Shown piece by piece: positions 37,790-50,936 of a DNA stretch of 64,000 nt. A program made the position numbers and the translations under genes. How positions within the stretch are numbered: the stretch's first letter is position 1; each line of letters begins with the position of its first letter. This stretch comes from Albugo candida (lineage: Eukaryota). Location: assembly GCA_040437565.1 (NCBI GenBank), contig JBDOQK010000038.1, forward strand, positions 124,001 to 188,000, read 5' to 3'. Below the pieces are notes generated by a model. The model saw only the letters and a list, made by a program, of their open reading frames with translations, was not told where the DNA came from and ran no database searches.

Positions 37790-39700
37790 TATCTTCCTAG
37801 TATCACCAATAGTATCTCGCTCGACATCTTTCTGTTTTACTCTTATGTGCACAATCACTCACAAATGCGAAAAAAAGATTTGATGCTGTCGGTGGATCGC
37901 TGCCTGAATGATTTTCTACATGCACCACGACATCATGGAAATTGGCATCGAACTTTGTGTCAGAATTGTTCAAGCTTCCTTCGAAAACATAACGGCAGTC
38001 TCCATGAGAAAAATTGATGATTCCAATATGTATGAATGCTTTTTTTTAGAGCACGATATAGACAAACAATTCGGGAAGTCCGTGAAAACCACCGACATAA
38101 CTGCGGCATGCAATATATCATCCCGAATCGCTAAGGCTCAAGCAACAAATCTTTGCATTGATGTTATTGATTGCGTTCCACCTGTCATCTGTAGTCGTTT
38201 TGGTGATGTTTGTTTAAACGACACCCTTGGTGATGTACCAGACGTGGCATTTATTTCCAATGATAATCCGAAGGAAAAAAGAAAAGCTCGTTATTACATG
38301 TGCGATATAGTCACGGTGCAGATAACTACTGCCGGCTCCATGAGAGCCTTCATTGGCGACCTGACATCCGAAATCGAACCTTACCTACGTAGCTACATAT
38401 ATTGGCGGGCTTTGACCCGTGCATCAAAACCTTTTGAACAAGACTCTGTAATAGCCCTCGCACTACATTTACTAATTGCATAAAAACTTCATTTCCGTCT
38501 TACCTTTGAATATTACCAGTTCAACCTCAGATCTGATTGATGAATGACCATTATGGCATGTTATCGCGCACTTGGCATTCTGATGCCGTGGTGAAGTCAC
38601 GACAGCATCTGGTTTTGATTGTGACCAAAATAATGAGTCTGAGCTACTCCATATACGACCACACTGAACAAGGACAGTCGCTGAGTTATGGATGGCGTTC
38701 AAGGCATTAGCACTACGCTTCGTCCGGAGCAATTGAAATCGCCGTTTTCTAAAGCAGTCTACTTCGACAATATTAGCACTCCTTGCAAAGCACATAACAC
38801 AACAAGTACGCACATTGGAACCATTCAAAGACATTTCCAATCAAAGCGCTTTGAAATATGCTGGAGAAGATCTAGAAACAAGGTTCAAGAAGTGCTTTTC
38901 GAGTGTCCGGGTAAGGTATATAGACGTGGAGTTTAACTCCGATCCTCTTTAGAACAAAGAAACTTTCTCAAAGACTTGATTGCTCTCTTGAAAGTCTCAA
39001 GGGCAGGCGATGTTTGTGGAATACATTGAGTTCAATTCTCTCATTAGATCTGCGTTTCTTGTGATACCTCCACAAAGCACGCTTTGGAGTCGGCCAATCT
39101 CATGGAATTCTTTTATTTGGACAAAATCATCGCTGCTAAGGCTATTGAAGCGGACGATTTGTTTACAAACCTTGACATCATACTTCCGATTCCTTCAAAA
39201 TCTCGATTGGTGCTATTTGACTATTATATAGTTCAGGTGTGTCAGCGGACTAATACCACGAAGGGAATGTCGACTTGAAGATTAAACTCTTTTGATAGTG
39301 AAGAGGATTTCCAAACAGTCCAATCTGGAAAGAGGGACAAATTAGTGCAAGGAGTTCAAGCAGTTTGCTGATTCCTATTTGTGCCTCCATCTGCATGCTT
39401 AAATACTACCTTTTCTCAGCAGTTTACATCAGTTATAAAAGCGGAATACGACATAAACTATGAAAATTGCTCCCCTCTTAAACGACAAAATGATCTTGCT
39501 ACCAATTCACGGCTGAAGATAAATCTTTCAAGAAAATTGCTTAGATGAATTCGATGCATGTCACTGAGTCTCAAACGACAGAAATAGTCAAGTCGTGATA
39601 CGAAGCACTCGGATTTTGAAAACGGCATATAGTTAAAAAAAATCATGGAAGTATTCTCAGAGACCCCAGAAAGTGTGAAACGACAGCATCAGTTGCAAGA
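37790..39700 (+). pseudogene. Tandem paralogue of the 35903 gene, frameshifted, with a long decayed 3' region (limits approximate)
   Basis: ELCVRIVQASFENITAVS versus DPCLRIVQTSFNNYTAVS; CIDVIDCVPPVIC versus CNDITDCATPFIC; shared DNA agataactactgc and tccgaaatcg(g)aaccttacc. Confidence 0.65.
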
Positions 39701-40135
39701 CACATGAGTAGCGTTTCCATGGAAAAAACGTACAAGAGAAACGCTGTAACATGCAACTAGAAAACAGTTATCTTAGAAGTGAGGGTGTCACCCCGAAAGA
39801 TCTTATGGCATCACACTGTATGACTTGGTTAATGTTATTCAATACTCGCATCCTTTCTGTAATCGGCACGGTCTGACAGAAAAAAAAACAAATACCGACT
39901 TTTCTGCACTGTCGAAATGTTCCATGCGCAATTCTTCGTTGCTGATGAAAGCGTATTTTATGTATGTAGAAGTTCGTTCAGGAACCAGTCCACGGATATC
40001 TTTTAATCTTTTCTTTTTCATTTATAAAGAATTGTGCACATAAAGGAGGCTTACGGAAGTCTAACAAGATACTATTGATGTTACGCGAACCATATTCTTC
40101 CAGATTGGTTTTGATTATAAAGTATGATTTATCAA

Positions 40136-40195
40136 GGAATTCGGTATAGCCACACCCCTAACATAACTGAGAACACCGGTATCGTCACACACCCT
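40136..40195 (+). mobile_element. Truncated TIR of the MITE family seen at 60698-61385
   Basis: ggaattcggtatagccacacccctaac...gagaacaccggtatcgt matches both TIRs of the 60.7-61.4 kb element. Confidence 0.7.
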
Positions 40196-43100
40196 GAATG
40201 GAAACCGGGCCTCCGATATTGAGGCTATCATGAAATTGTATGCTGATAGGGAGCATCCAGAGTGGTCGCTCTTGGCTGTAAACCTGGAAGCAGCAAGACG
40301 TTTCCAAATCCGAAAGCCACCTTTCCAATGGTTTTGGAGACGGGACAGTCGTTAACCTGTACTCCAAATGGGAGAATTCGATTCTCCTTGATGCGAGACC
40401 ACGGTAATCCGGTATTTGAAAGCTTACTGGAGAGCCGTTCATTCACTCAGGTGTCCAAAATGCCAGGAGGCAACATCAGAGTGATGGTCAGCACGGCGGA
40501 TGCCTGTCAACAGTTGGCGTGTTAGACAGTGGCTATCCTTGGAGACAAGTATTTTTTCAAAGAATTTGATACTCTGGAAACGAAATTGTATCTCGATGTC
40601 TTCGGTGTTGGCGTGGAGGAAGAACGAAACAGCATTCTCCGCACTCTTCACAAACTCGGGTGGCAAGTGGTGTATGACACCTTTCGCGAGACTGTTACCA
40701 CTAAAGAAGTGGTGATGTCGACTTGAAGAGTCTTTTCTGGTTCTTTGACATTCCCCCAGCAGTAGGTTCGAGTTGGGCAACTGCTAGAGAAAATCTCTTA
40801 CGATAAACAGCTCTACCCAATCAGGGGGGGGTGCTCCTATTCCAATGGAATGAACACGTTTCGGTCAACGTGGCTCTTATTGCTTGATTTTGGGTGCTAC
40901 ATCAGGCACTGGAGCAAAGCAACAACCAAAGCAAAAACAATAAACAACGAAGCCAAAATCAACATCCAACCCAGATTCCAAACAAACAACAACCACGAAA
41001 ACAAAAACAGCAACGAAGAAAACGACCGAGCAAAAAGCACTCGTGGTGGCACCACGAACGGTATTGAAGCCAGTCCCCTTCAAGAATTGGAGACGAGAAA
41101 ACCTGTACGGAAGGTATCCGATTAAATCTCGTTGGAGCTCAATTCTCCTCTCACTATAACACCACCAGGAGCGCCATCCTTATTGCAGCTGTCTCCTCCC
41201 ATACTCCAAGTGGCCAGTCAATCGTACTCAAAACCACGGGGGGAGCGGGATGGGGTAATCCATGTATTGGCATGGACTAGTGGAAACGTAATCGAGTGGA
41301 GCCGTTCAAACAAATGGTCTCCCAAGTACCACATCTTGCGCTTCCGACGTTAGCGACTAGTGATAATTTTTCTGTGCTTGCAACTATGCTGGTGGAGAGG
41401 GAAGAAATAAAAGCGATTGCCAATCCGGAGAATGCAAATCATCCCGCTGAGAACACGGATGCCAAAAGAGGTGACCTCCTCGAAACAGGGACCACACTTC
41501 TAACAAACACGGCATACAACTTTTGAGAAAACGGAGCGACCAACCCAAATTGGTGAAATAAAGCAGCTCATGGAAATCGATTCGAAAAATTCCCTTCACT
41601 TGCTCCGTCCGTACAAGCTGGTTCTAGCCGATGCTTGCATCTCTCACATAAGAATGTTTGCCCAGTTTTGCGACAAACGCGGACAGATTATCCGAGCTGC
41701 ACTTGATCATCCGATCACGATGAATGATGTGCTCCTCGCGTGTATGGAGTCGAATGATAAAGCTCTGGAAATGGCGCATTTACTCATTATAAACCGCGTT
41801 TTTGAAGCCCACAATCTCGGCGGAGATGTTACGTCTCCGACGGGACGTTGGTGGAAAAATTCACTCGAAGCGATCTGTTTTGTTCGAGAAAGTAATGTCG
41901 TGGTTGACGTCAGTGCCGGACACAGTCCTCGGTTTGACTCGAGAAACCAAAGCGCTCGGGTTTTTGAAACTCTTACTTTTAAGTATTGCTCCGACATTCT
42001 ACACAAACGATTAATGGCTACGCTATCTCACCGATGGACGATTGATTTGGATTCCGGTTAATCATTGTCTTTTACTTCCAACTAATATGATCATATCCTT
42101 CTCCCGCTCCGAAGTGGGCATTAAGTGTTGGTCTCAATGGTTTGGAGTTAATGGCGAGAAGTTCTCCCTGCTGACATCGCTGAGCTTCCAGTCAGCCTCA
42201 GCTTTTTCCCAGAGAAACATACAACCTTTCACCTCTCACAACAAGATGGTGAACGAGGTTGATTGCTGCTCCACTCCAGCGTGAATGCTAAAGGCTGCTC
42301 GGTTATTTTAACGTGGAACAATATCTCAGCACTCACGGTGAATGTTAATGGAATTCTCACGCATGGTCATCTTTTTATCGACCACGTTCTATCACAACAC
42401 TTCATTTGTTGTGTTCAAGAAACCTAGTTTCACGTTCACAACCAACCGAACTCATTTCAGTTTTTATGATGATCAAAACAGTGCTTTTCTTCAACTGACT
42501 TAAAACCGCAGTAGCGGCGTCATGACAATCCTTCGTTCGCACTTTCCCAGTTCTACAAAAGCTGAAGAACTCACCGAACGAAGCATTCAAAACCGCTATT
42601 TGGTTATATGCACCAGTCAAGGCCAAGGAACGAGTGGTTTTTATGAGTTATTGCTCGCCAACACTTTTGGAGCGACCGCAACACATATCGTCTTTGATGA
42701 TTTTAATACACCACTCGATCCAGCTTTCGCTGCTTCGACTGGAACAATCTGGCACGAACCATGTCTATTAGCGTGCGTGGAATTGGCGTGCACAGTTGTG
42801 TGTGGTAGATGCCTGGAGAATACAACATCTGACTGTAAAAGTATTTACAGTACCATTACCGCGAAAGAATCGACTAGATTATATCTGCATGTCGGAAGAG
42901 CTATTCAATATGGTATACAAAACCTCCGAGTAGTTTCGTCCGCGACATGCGGGAGAACATATGGCACAAAAAGTAACTTTTACAAATCCAACTCAGTCTC
43001 CGGGACAAGGATATTGGAAATTTTCATTACGAATATTTGAATATCCTAAAGCTGTAGAAGCAATCAGATTGGAAGCGAATTTGGTGCTCGAACATTTGCG

Positions 43101-45827
43101 GACAACTTCGAATCCCGACAAAATGTGGGAAAGTTGGAAGAGGAAAATCAAGAAACAGCTTCAAAGCATTGAACATAAGGTTGCAAAAGATAGCCGACGT
43201 GATTTTGAGTCTAGTCAGCGTATTTTGGAAGTCACAGCAGCTCGATATCGCATTCACGACACCAATGAGTCACGGTACTTTTACGAATCGAGTTTCCAAC
43301 ATTTCAGAATCTCGGTCGAAATACAACCAAGATGAAAACTTCGACCACTACGTGAAGCATATGGAGAACTATTCCAAGCATTTTTTCCGCCCTCCAGATA
43401 GTTCTTGTCGTCGCGTGCCGATCGAAAATGCTACAAAAGTGTGGCACCGTGACATCGAGCACGAGGGAAATTATTAACGATTTTAGAGATCATAGGGATG
43501 GTATCTTGGGATTCTCTATAGCTTCGAGATCGACTCAGATGATCCATGTGAAAGAAAAGAAAAAAAGCTACTTGATTCAATTCAAGTTTCCCTTGCATCC
43601 GAAGAGCAAGACCGTCTCTCAACACGCTTAAGTACGACCGAGTTGGGAGAAGCGAACAAGCACATGCGGAGTAGTTCTTTTTCAGGTATGGATGGGCTAC
43701 CAGCTGCATTCTGTCATCTTTCTCCGGAAACGTATGGCGAGTATCTAAACATTGTGTTCGAATATCAGCTGGAAAGAGGTATCTTACTTCGATCATAACG
43801 TCACTCGGCAATAACATTATTGTACGAAAATGGATCACGAGGTGATCCTGGCAACTATCGACCGATCGCACTGCTTTACGTCGATTTGAAAGTGCTTTCA
43901 AAGGTTTTGGGGAATCTATTTCAACCGTTTTTTCCAAAATGGATCCATCAAGATCAAAAAGCATTTGTGCGTGGAAGGTCGATGCGTCACCATATTCGAC
44001 ATCTCACTGACATCCTATACTTGGTCACTCATCGTGGGGAGGAAGCATATGCGACGTTTTTTGACTTCGAGGAAGCTGATGATTGAGTCAATTAGACGTA
44101 CATGTTTCGCGTTTTTGGAATAAATGGGCGCTGGGGAAAGTTTCCTCGACTGTGTTCGTTTCTTGTACAGTAACACGAAGGCGCAGTGGATGATCAATGT
44201 AAATGTTATACCGTCCATTACACCACAAACGTGGAGTAAAAATGGCGATCCTCTCTCAGCATAACTTTTTCTGACGACGATGGAACCTTTGGGAAATTTA
44301 CTTCGACAAAATGAACGCGGCATCTGGATGAATGGCACGACTGTCGCAACGGGCTTTCTTCTCGCGGACGATTCGACATTGCTTTCAGATACACCAATTG
44401 GTGGTGTGACGCAACTCGAACTCGTCCAAGTCTATTGCGATGGATCGAGTGCGAAACTCAACTTGAGCAAATCATCCTTGCTCTCATTGAATCGGACCAT
44501 GCCTTGTGAACGTATTATCAATGTGACCATAACGGGTCGTGAGGATTCGGTCACGTATTTGAGGATTCCGTTCCACCGAACACCAACTCATCCGATGGTT
44601 ATTTCAACTCTCCACAAGCGTTTTTACGATGGGTTTGGTGTATGGTTTCGCGTGCACGAACTGTCCGTGGTCGGCTAATGGTTGCGTAGACGATGATTTC
44701 ATCATGTCTGTGGTATTACACGATGCACGTGAACATAAAAGTAGAGAAAATTGGACAGCGGCAATCAATGTTAAATCGATTTGCGCTTGGTCGGAAACAC
44801 AAAAAAGATTCAAAACTCGTCCACCTACTCAGCAAAGAATGTTTATATCTTCGCCGACAAGATGGTCGACTTAGTGGGACGACTAAAGTTGCAACGTATT
44901 TAATTCCTCCAGCAGTTTGCATCCGATGCGTCGACCATTATTCCTGCAAATTGGACAACTGGTTAAACGAATTATTACAACTAATCCAACCTTCCTTTGG
45001 ACCACACAAGCTGATGGATATATTCACGATCGCACCACATGGACATGGAAAAATGATTCAATGGGAGAGGACATCGTCTTGGTGGAAACACGCATTTAAA
45101 ATGTGGCATCAGATGGATTAGAGCATTAGAATATCCGATTTGAATGTTTCACAACGCCGTCAGTATTACATGGAACAACCGATGTGGTTTCACTGCGACC
45201 AAGAATTACATTACGAAGTTGCTACTCGTACTCCAAGTACGTAATACGTTTGATCCAATCTTGGCATGGTGGCCGAACCACATCGGACGTTTTGAGAATC
45301 GTTTGCTACGCTTTTCGAGATTCGTAGTCTTCAAGACTTTTTTTGAGACAGCGACACATGGCCAACGAAGGAAGCTTTAGTCGCCAACGATTACAACGAC
45401 GAAGAGCTGATCACGTCGGATATGGCTGGAGAAAAGTTGCTGATTCGACTTTACAATGAAGTCACTCAGATAGTACAGCGTATATACGCCACAATTCGTC
45501 TCATCATTGGATTCAGCCAAGCAGAAGTGGTCGATTTTTTTATGTTGGAGTACAAGCAAGGAGATAAAGTATTATTTTCTATCTATTCCACGCTCTCAAC
45601 TCTCAAGAATCGTCTCTGGAAACCTCTCGAACCAACCAAGAGTCATCCGATGTCAATACATTGGTCACCACGGGAGAGATCGGGTACAATGGATTCGGAT
45701 AGAGTTCTAACTTTTATGGCTACAACACGGCATCTTCGGGAACGTGTCTTACCGATTTACAAAGATCTACAGTTCCGTATGGTCTTTCGGATATTGCCAG
45801 TTCGATCTCGTTTCTGGTTCTTAAAGG
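40195..45827 (+). mobile_element. Decayed L1/Tx1-like LINE, second copy (5'-truncated ORF1, APE, RT; 3' end in or after the gap)
   Basis: DDFNTPLD, GYWKFS, DPGNYRPIALL, QKAFVRGR, FFDFEEA, LLADDSTLL, YLRIPF. Collinear with 7330-11250 on the minus strand. Confidence 0.92.
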
Positions 45828-48800
45828 NNNNNNNNNNNNNNNNNNNNNNNNNNNNNNNNNNNNNNNNNNNNNNNNNNNNNNNNNNNNNNNNNNNNNNNNN
45901 NNNNNNNNNNNNNNNNNNNNNNNNNNNAAAGCGCACGGATCAGCACCTGATAGATTGAACATCAAGACTCCATGATGCAACGAAATCGGGTATAAAAGCA
46001 TATTGAAATCGACTGCAAGCTGGAAGATATCTAGTAACAGATTACTTGAGACACCGGTATCAGAATATCAACACTAATCTCAAACAACAACCGGAGATCT
46101 TTGTCGGTCGCATGAGTTCTGTTATGCGAACACACTAAGATATAACGAGCAATGGTAATCGAATCACAAATTTGGCAAGCATTCGTCTTTGTGACTTTGG
46201 AGGCTTTCTCAGTTCAATTTTTAAACCTTCTGTATTGTACCATACTACCAGCTTCCTGTTCCTTAGAGATGTGAGTACCCTCAACGTTGACATTTCTCAG
46301 TGAATTTGTACCAGCTCCATTACGGTTGCGTGACAACTCGTAAATGTATGATGCGGAGGGGGGGCTGATGCATGCTTTTTGAGTGTCATCGTCTTCATTT
46401 ATCGATTGCATACATCTACTCTGGAACGGTTGAATTAAAACTCAACAACTAACTCATCCGGTGGCTTCTCAGCCGTATAACGGTGTATTTTTGGAATGAA
46501 CGTGAGGTGGATCATGGCGGTTAAATGGAAACCAATCGGATATGTAACGTACATGTACAGTACATCGTTGTAGTATGGCCAGTACGGTACACGTGGTGTG
46601 TGGTACACATCGTCTAATTCATATCTGTTGGAGATTAAAGACTGATTATGGGTGAACCCTTTCTTTAGGCTTGGACTAACTAGTATAGTGAACTAAGGAC
46701 CGTGGAAAAATAATATACATACTTTTGCTTTATATTGTTACGCAGTGTTTCCGGATTATTCCAGCCCTCTGATGGAGTAGTCTAATCCGGAGACCACCAC
46801 ACACTGGAATCGAAAAGATAATTGAGCTAACCTGTCGTGCTTCAGTGCATTAGGTGGACTTTGATACTAAGCTCATTAAATATTCAGAGTGACCAGGGCT
46901 CGCTGCATCTTGCACACGAACGCACTTTCTTTCTGCTTGATGGAACTGCGCGTGGAACCTCGTTACCACTAGTATTCGCAGTATGGAGGATACTGAGCTT
47001 TCGAATGGATGGAGGTAAAAGGTTGGAGTATTGAAATCATCCCCTCGAAGGTAATTTACAAGAGCCGAAACGGATCGTGAATGACTGTGTGCGAGTGTAA
47101 ATAGAAAAATTTAAAATATATAGGATTCGATAATGTGGAAGGTTGGGCATTGGAATTGAAACTGAACGCGAATTTATGTGTGCTACGTACTGAAGTGTGA
47201 AGCATAGTCTATCATGGAGACCAATCATTTCTGAACTCATGATATTTCAATTAAAGGTAGTGCTACATTCAACGTATACGTGCACACTTGCTAGATTTAC
47301 TACAACGGAGAATGGATCTGTTACTCCATATGTAGCATCGGTGATATAATCAGTAATTTCTCTTCTCCACTTTACAGTTTAAAGAAAAGATTAGGGAGTG
47401 CTCAGTATAGTGTTGATTTTCGCGCGGATCGAACTTGATGAAGAATCGCTTCCACAATAGCAGCGCTTTGGAGATCAGCAGCATCCGCACTGTAGAAATT
47501 CCTATGCTAAAGGATTCCGCCGCATTTGATCAACACAATCAAACGTAGATTGCCTCAAATTTTCCTCAAAAGTATTTGGAAATTTGTATCGCAGGTCCCT
47601 GAATCACCACAGTTCTAAAGAGACTTTTGAATCCAGCCGCTTGATGCTAGATGCGACCAGAACTCAAAGTGTAATCGGGACGAATAAGTCATCTTGGCGG
47701 ATATTTACAAGATGGTTTCTCAATTTGGACCTCACTTTTGCAATGGGAAATAGAGATATTATTTCCAAGAAGTGATTTCTATAAAACAGCTATTCTTGAG
47801 AACGTGATTCAGTATGTTATTCCTTCCATCCTATCAAACACATCGAGATAGATTGCATGGAGATTTACTGAGGGGACATCTACTCGACCAAGTACTTCCA
47901 CTCATGATTGTTGGTCGGGTGATGATGCCGATACGTTTGCAACTGGAGTGATGATGACATTTATGATTGCTTTGTGGAGAAAGCCTCAAGCAATTTAATT
48001 TGGAATCAACACAAGGAGCATAAGAAATGAATGTTGGTGAGTGTTCAGTGCCGTAACTTGTTATGAACCAGCTGTGCAATTTTCATGACGAGATATATAG
48101 TCCGCCTGGTACGCCCAAGCGTAGATCTCGATGGTTTTGTCAATAACGCAGCTTCAAATCCTGAATCTCTATAGGCGTCAAAGAAATAAACAAGAGGGTC
48201 ATTGAATTCAGCAGAGGTCATTCTTCTGTGTAAATAAAAATACAAATTTGTTCTGAAGACTATCGCAGATGCTAGAACCAGGGAATAACTGACGATCTCA
48301 AGAATATAATTCTGTTTAATTTATTGGTTCATTCCTCACTCTTCCTTCACGAAGTCGGATTCGACATGTGCATTTTCGATCCATTCACATCCTTTCCAAC
48401 GACTTATTTGCTAATTCATGACCTTCGTCCAATTCAAACGAAAATTCGTTGGAGCTGTGCCGAGAGGACACACTCGCGTCTATTTTTTTTCAAACCTTTC
48501 TTTAAAATGAAAACACTGAGAGATAAAACTGCCTACCTTCCGATTTCAACAATACTGTATATGATTCGGTCCGAGTTCATCAAAAGCGGCAAGTTGTATA
48601 GCAAGTTTGTGACATAAGCGAAGGTGCGTTAACAGAAATGACTGACTGTTCTTGATCCACAATGGAGAAGCTGATGTGCGAGCTCATAAATTTTGCGGTA
48701 GCGCACTTCAATTTAAATGTAGCGAAGACTAGTAGGGTACTCCTCAAGATAGTACACGAGTCTACGAGAGACGTATATTTATTCAGAATGGATGACTTTG

Positions 48801-49933
48801 TTCATTCTGTACTAGTCTCTACTAGTCGTGTCTATCATGACATATCGGGTTGTCAGCAGAATTTAGCGTGGAAGATGCTCTCAGTCTCTGTATGCCATTA
48901 CATGAGAAGAGAAAAGGTTTTTAATTTCAATCCAAGCTCTTCTGTCGAATTTGCGTAATGTAAAAGCTTTCCAGCACTTTATTTATCAGATGTTTCGCTC
49001 TCAAAATCGAAGCTTGATTGATGTCACCGACATGACTCCCATTTGACAGAAGCAGAATGAATCAGATCATGTCGTACAGAATCTAGATTATCAGAATTTA
49101 GAGTCAAATTAGTTCCCACTACGGGAAGTTTGTTTATCGTATATAGTAAAGCTCGCAATGTAACATGCAAAGAAAATAGTACTTGATCCTGATGCAAAAG
49201 CAACGCCTTTCTATGCGCTATTCAGCATGCACGTCTATCACCTACAAGAAGAGTTTTGGGCGACAAACATCAATCGTGTATGAAAATTTGTACAAGCTTG
49301 TATCAAATGAGATTACTAAAATCGATAGTTAGTAAGTGTGATCTGCTCTCCTGGAAAGGAGAGCAGATCACAGATGTAAAAGAAAGAAGAAGAAACAGGT
49401 TCAAGATCTTGCGGAATGTGTTAGCTTTTTTTGGAAGGCACAATGACGACACACACACGTACGTCTAATTCCTCTTCGGATAAAAAGTTTCCTTACATAC
49501 AGAAATGGCAATATAGACAGCAAATAACCGCGTATCCTCTACTCGTGTTGAACTCGCAAGTGTTGTCTGAACTACAGCACAGAATGTAACAACTGTTACC
49601 CCTTGCGGAATTGTTACCAGAACTATATGCTCCCATTTGACCTTTCCATACACCAAAATTGGTCAAGAAGCCAGTCGCGGAATTTTATTCCAATTTTGAC
49701 ACCTGTACCTTGGGGTCACCCTATGATTTAAGGGTTCGCGCTCCCATCACTTGCGAATAGTCCGAATTTGTTCGATTGGCTTCGAAAGATCGGGATTCCC
49801 GGTTATAAATGATGAACTTTACGTTCAAAAAATGATCCAGAATGCAGATAGTAATTTTCGGATCGTTAGACTGCATCAATTGTGCGCGTCGTACCGTCTA
49901 TCTCATATGAGGTGGTTTCTGATCCTGTGAACT

Positions 49934-50248
49934 ATGGCGGCAATTCCAATCACAAAATTACTTCTGTTTAGTGCTACAGCAGTGCAGAAAGACACGCGAA
50001 TCGAAGAAAGAAGTAGTCACATACTCAATGATGTCGATGAAAATCACGCAAGAAGCTTCATACCAATTTCATTTTGTCCATCCATATACAGGAATGATAG
50101 AGAATACCTGTGGGAAGCTAGACGACCCGTTTTTAGCTTTGAGCATAAAGCCACTATAAATCATTCAATTTCTACACATCTTAAGGTCAAGGCTTTCAAA
50201 CCGAACATAATTGAACGCTACAACCCAACACTGGATAAATCAGCTTAG
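49934..50248 (+). CDS. Possible small secreted protein with an EER motif
   Basis: ATG start, hydrophobic MAAIPITKLLLFSATA, then RIEER. No recognisable homology. Confidence 0.3.
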   Translation: MAAIPITKLLLFSATAVQKDTRIEERSSHILNDVDENHARSFIPISFCPSIYRNDREYLWEARRPVFSFEHKATINHSISTHLKVKAFKPNIIERYNPTLDKSA

Positions 50249-50790
50249 TTTTATTCCATATCTCATCACTTCCTTCATAGTTCTCAAGTACTGACGAATA
50301 TAAATGTACATCTACGATAAAAACGAGAACAATGTGTGCATTGGCAATTTGAGCTCGTGTATGATGCTTTCGTCTTTTGAACCCGGCATAAGTATGAGAT
50401 GCCGTAGCTAAGTTTCGGATGCAGGGATGCTTGAGATCTATCGTACAGTAAAGTAAATAATGTAAATGAAGAGGGTGAGTATGATCGAAGTTGTGCTCCT
50501 GACTGTGATGAAAGAGAGCACCTAATAAAAAGGATCCGAAAGATGTCAGATCCTTCCTCTTCATGTGTAACATACGTAATCGTGACACGTAACTTGTAAG
50601 CGTAAACTCGTAAGCGTAAAGTCGTTTAGCATGCAGTTAGTAATGTCGGTGAGTAATAGTTCCTTGTCTATGCATGCCATATGAACATTAAGTGACTGAT
50701 AAAATTCGTGAAAAACATGCTGAGAAAGTGTGCATGGCCTACATTGTATCCTTACCTACTAATCCCTACCGTAAAAAGGCATACCTATCA

Positions 50791-50936
50791 TGTTGGAAGG
50801 ATTTAAGAATGCACTTCAGGTTTCTAGTCGCACTTCGGACTTAGTCTTAAGGATTGGTTAGGATTTTCATTTTCAAAAAAAAAGCTCAGTTATGGCAGTT
50901 TTTCCCAACGCAACCATCTCTGCTCACCCGCCAACA
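50791..50936 (+). repeat. 5' LTR
   Basis: tgttggaagg...gccaaca; about 80% identical to the 3' LTR by hand alignment. Confidence 0.95.
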
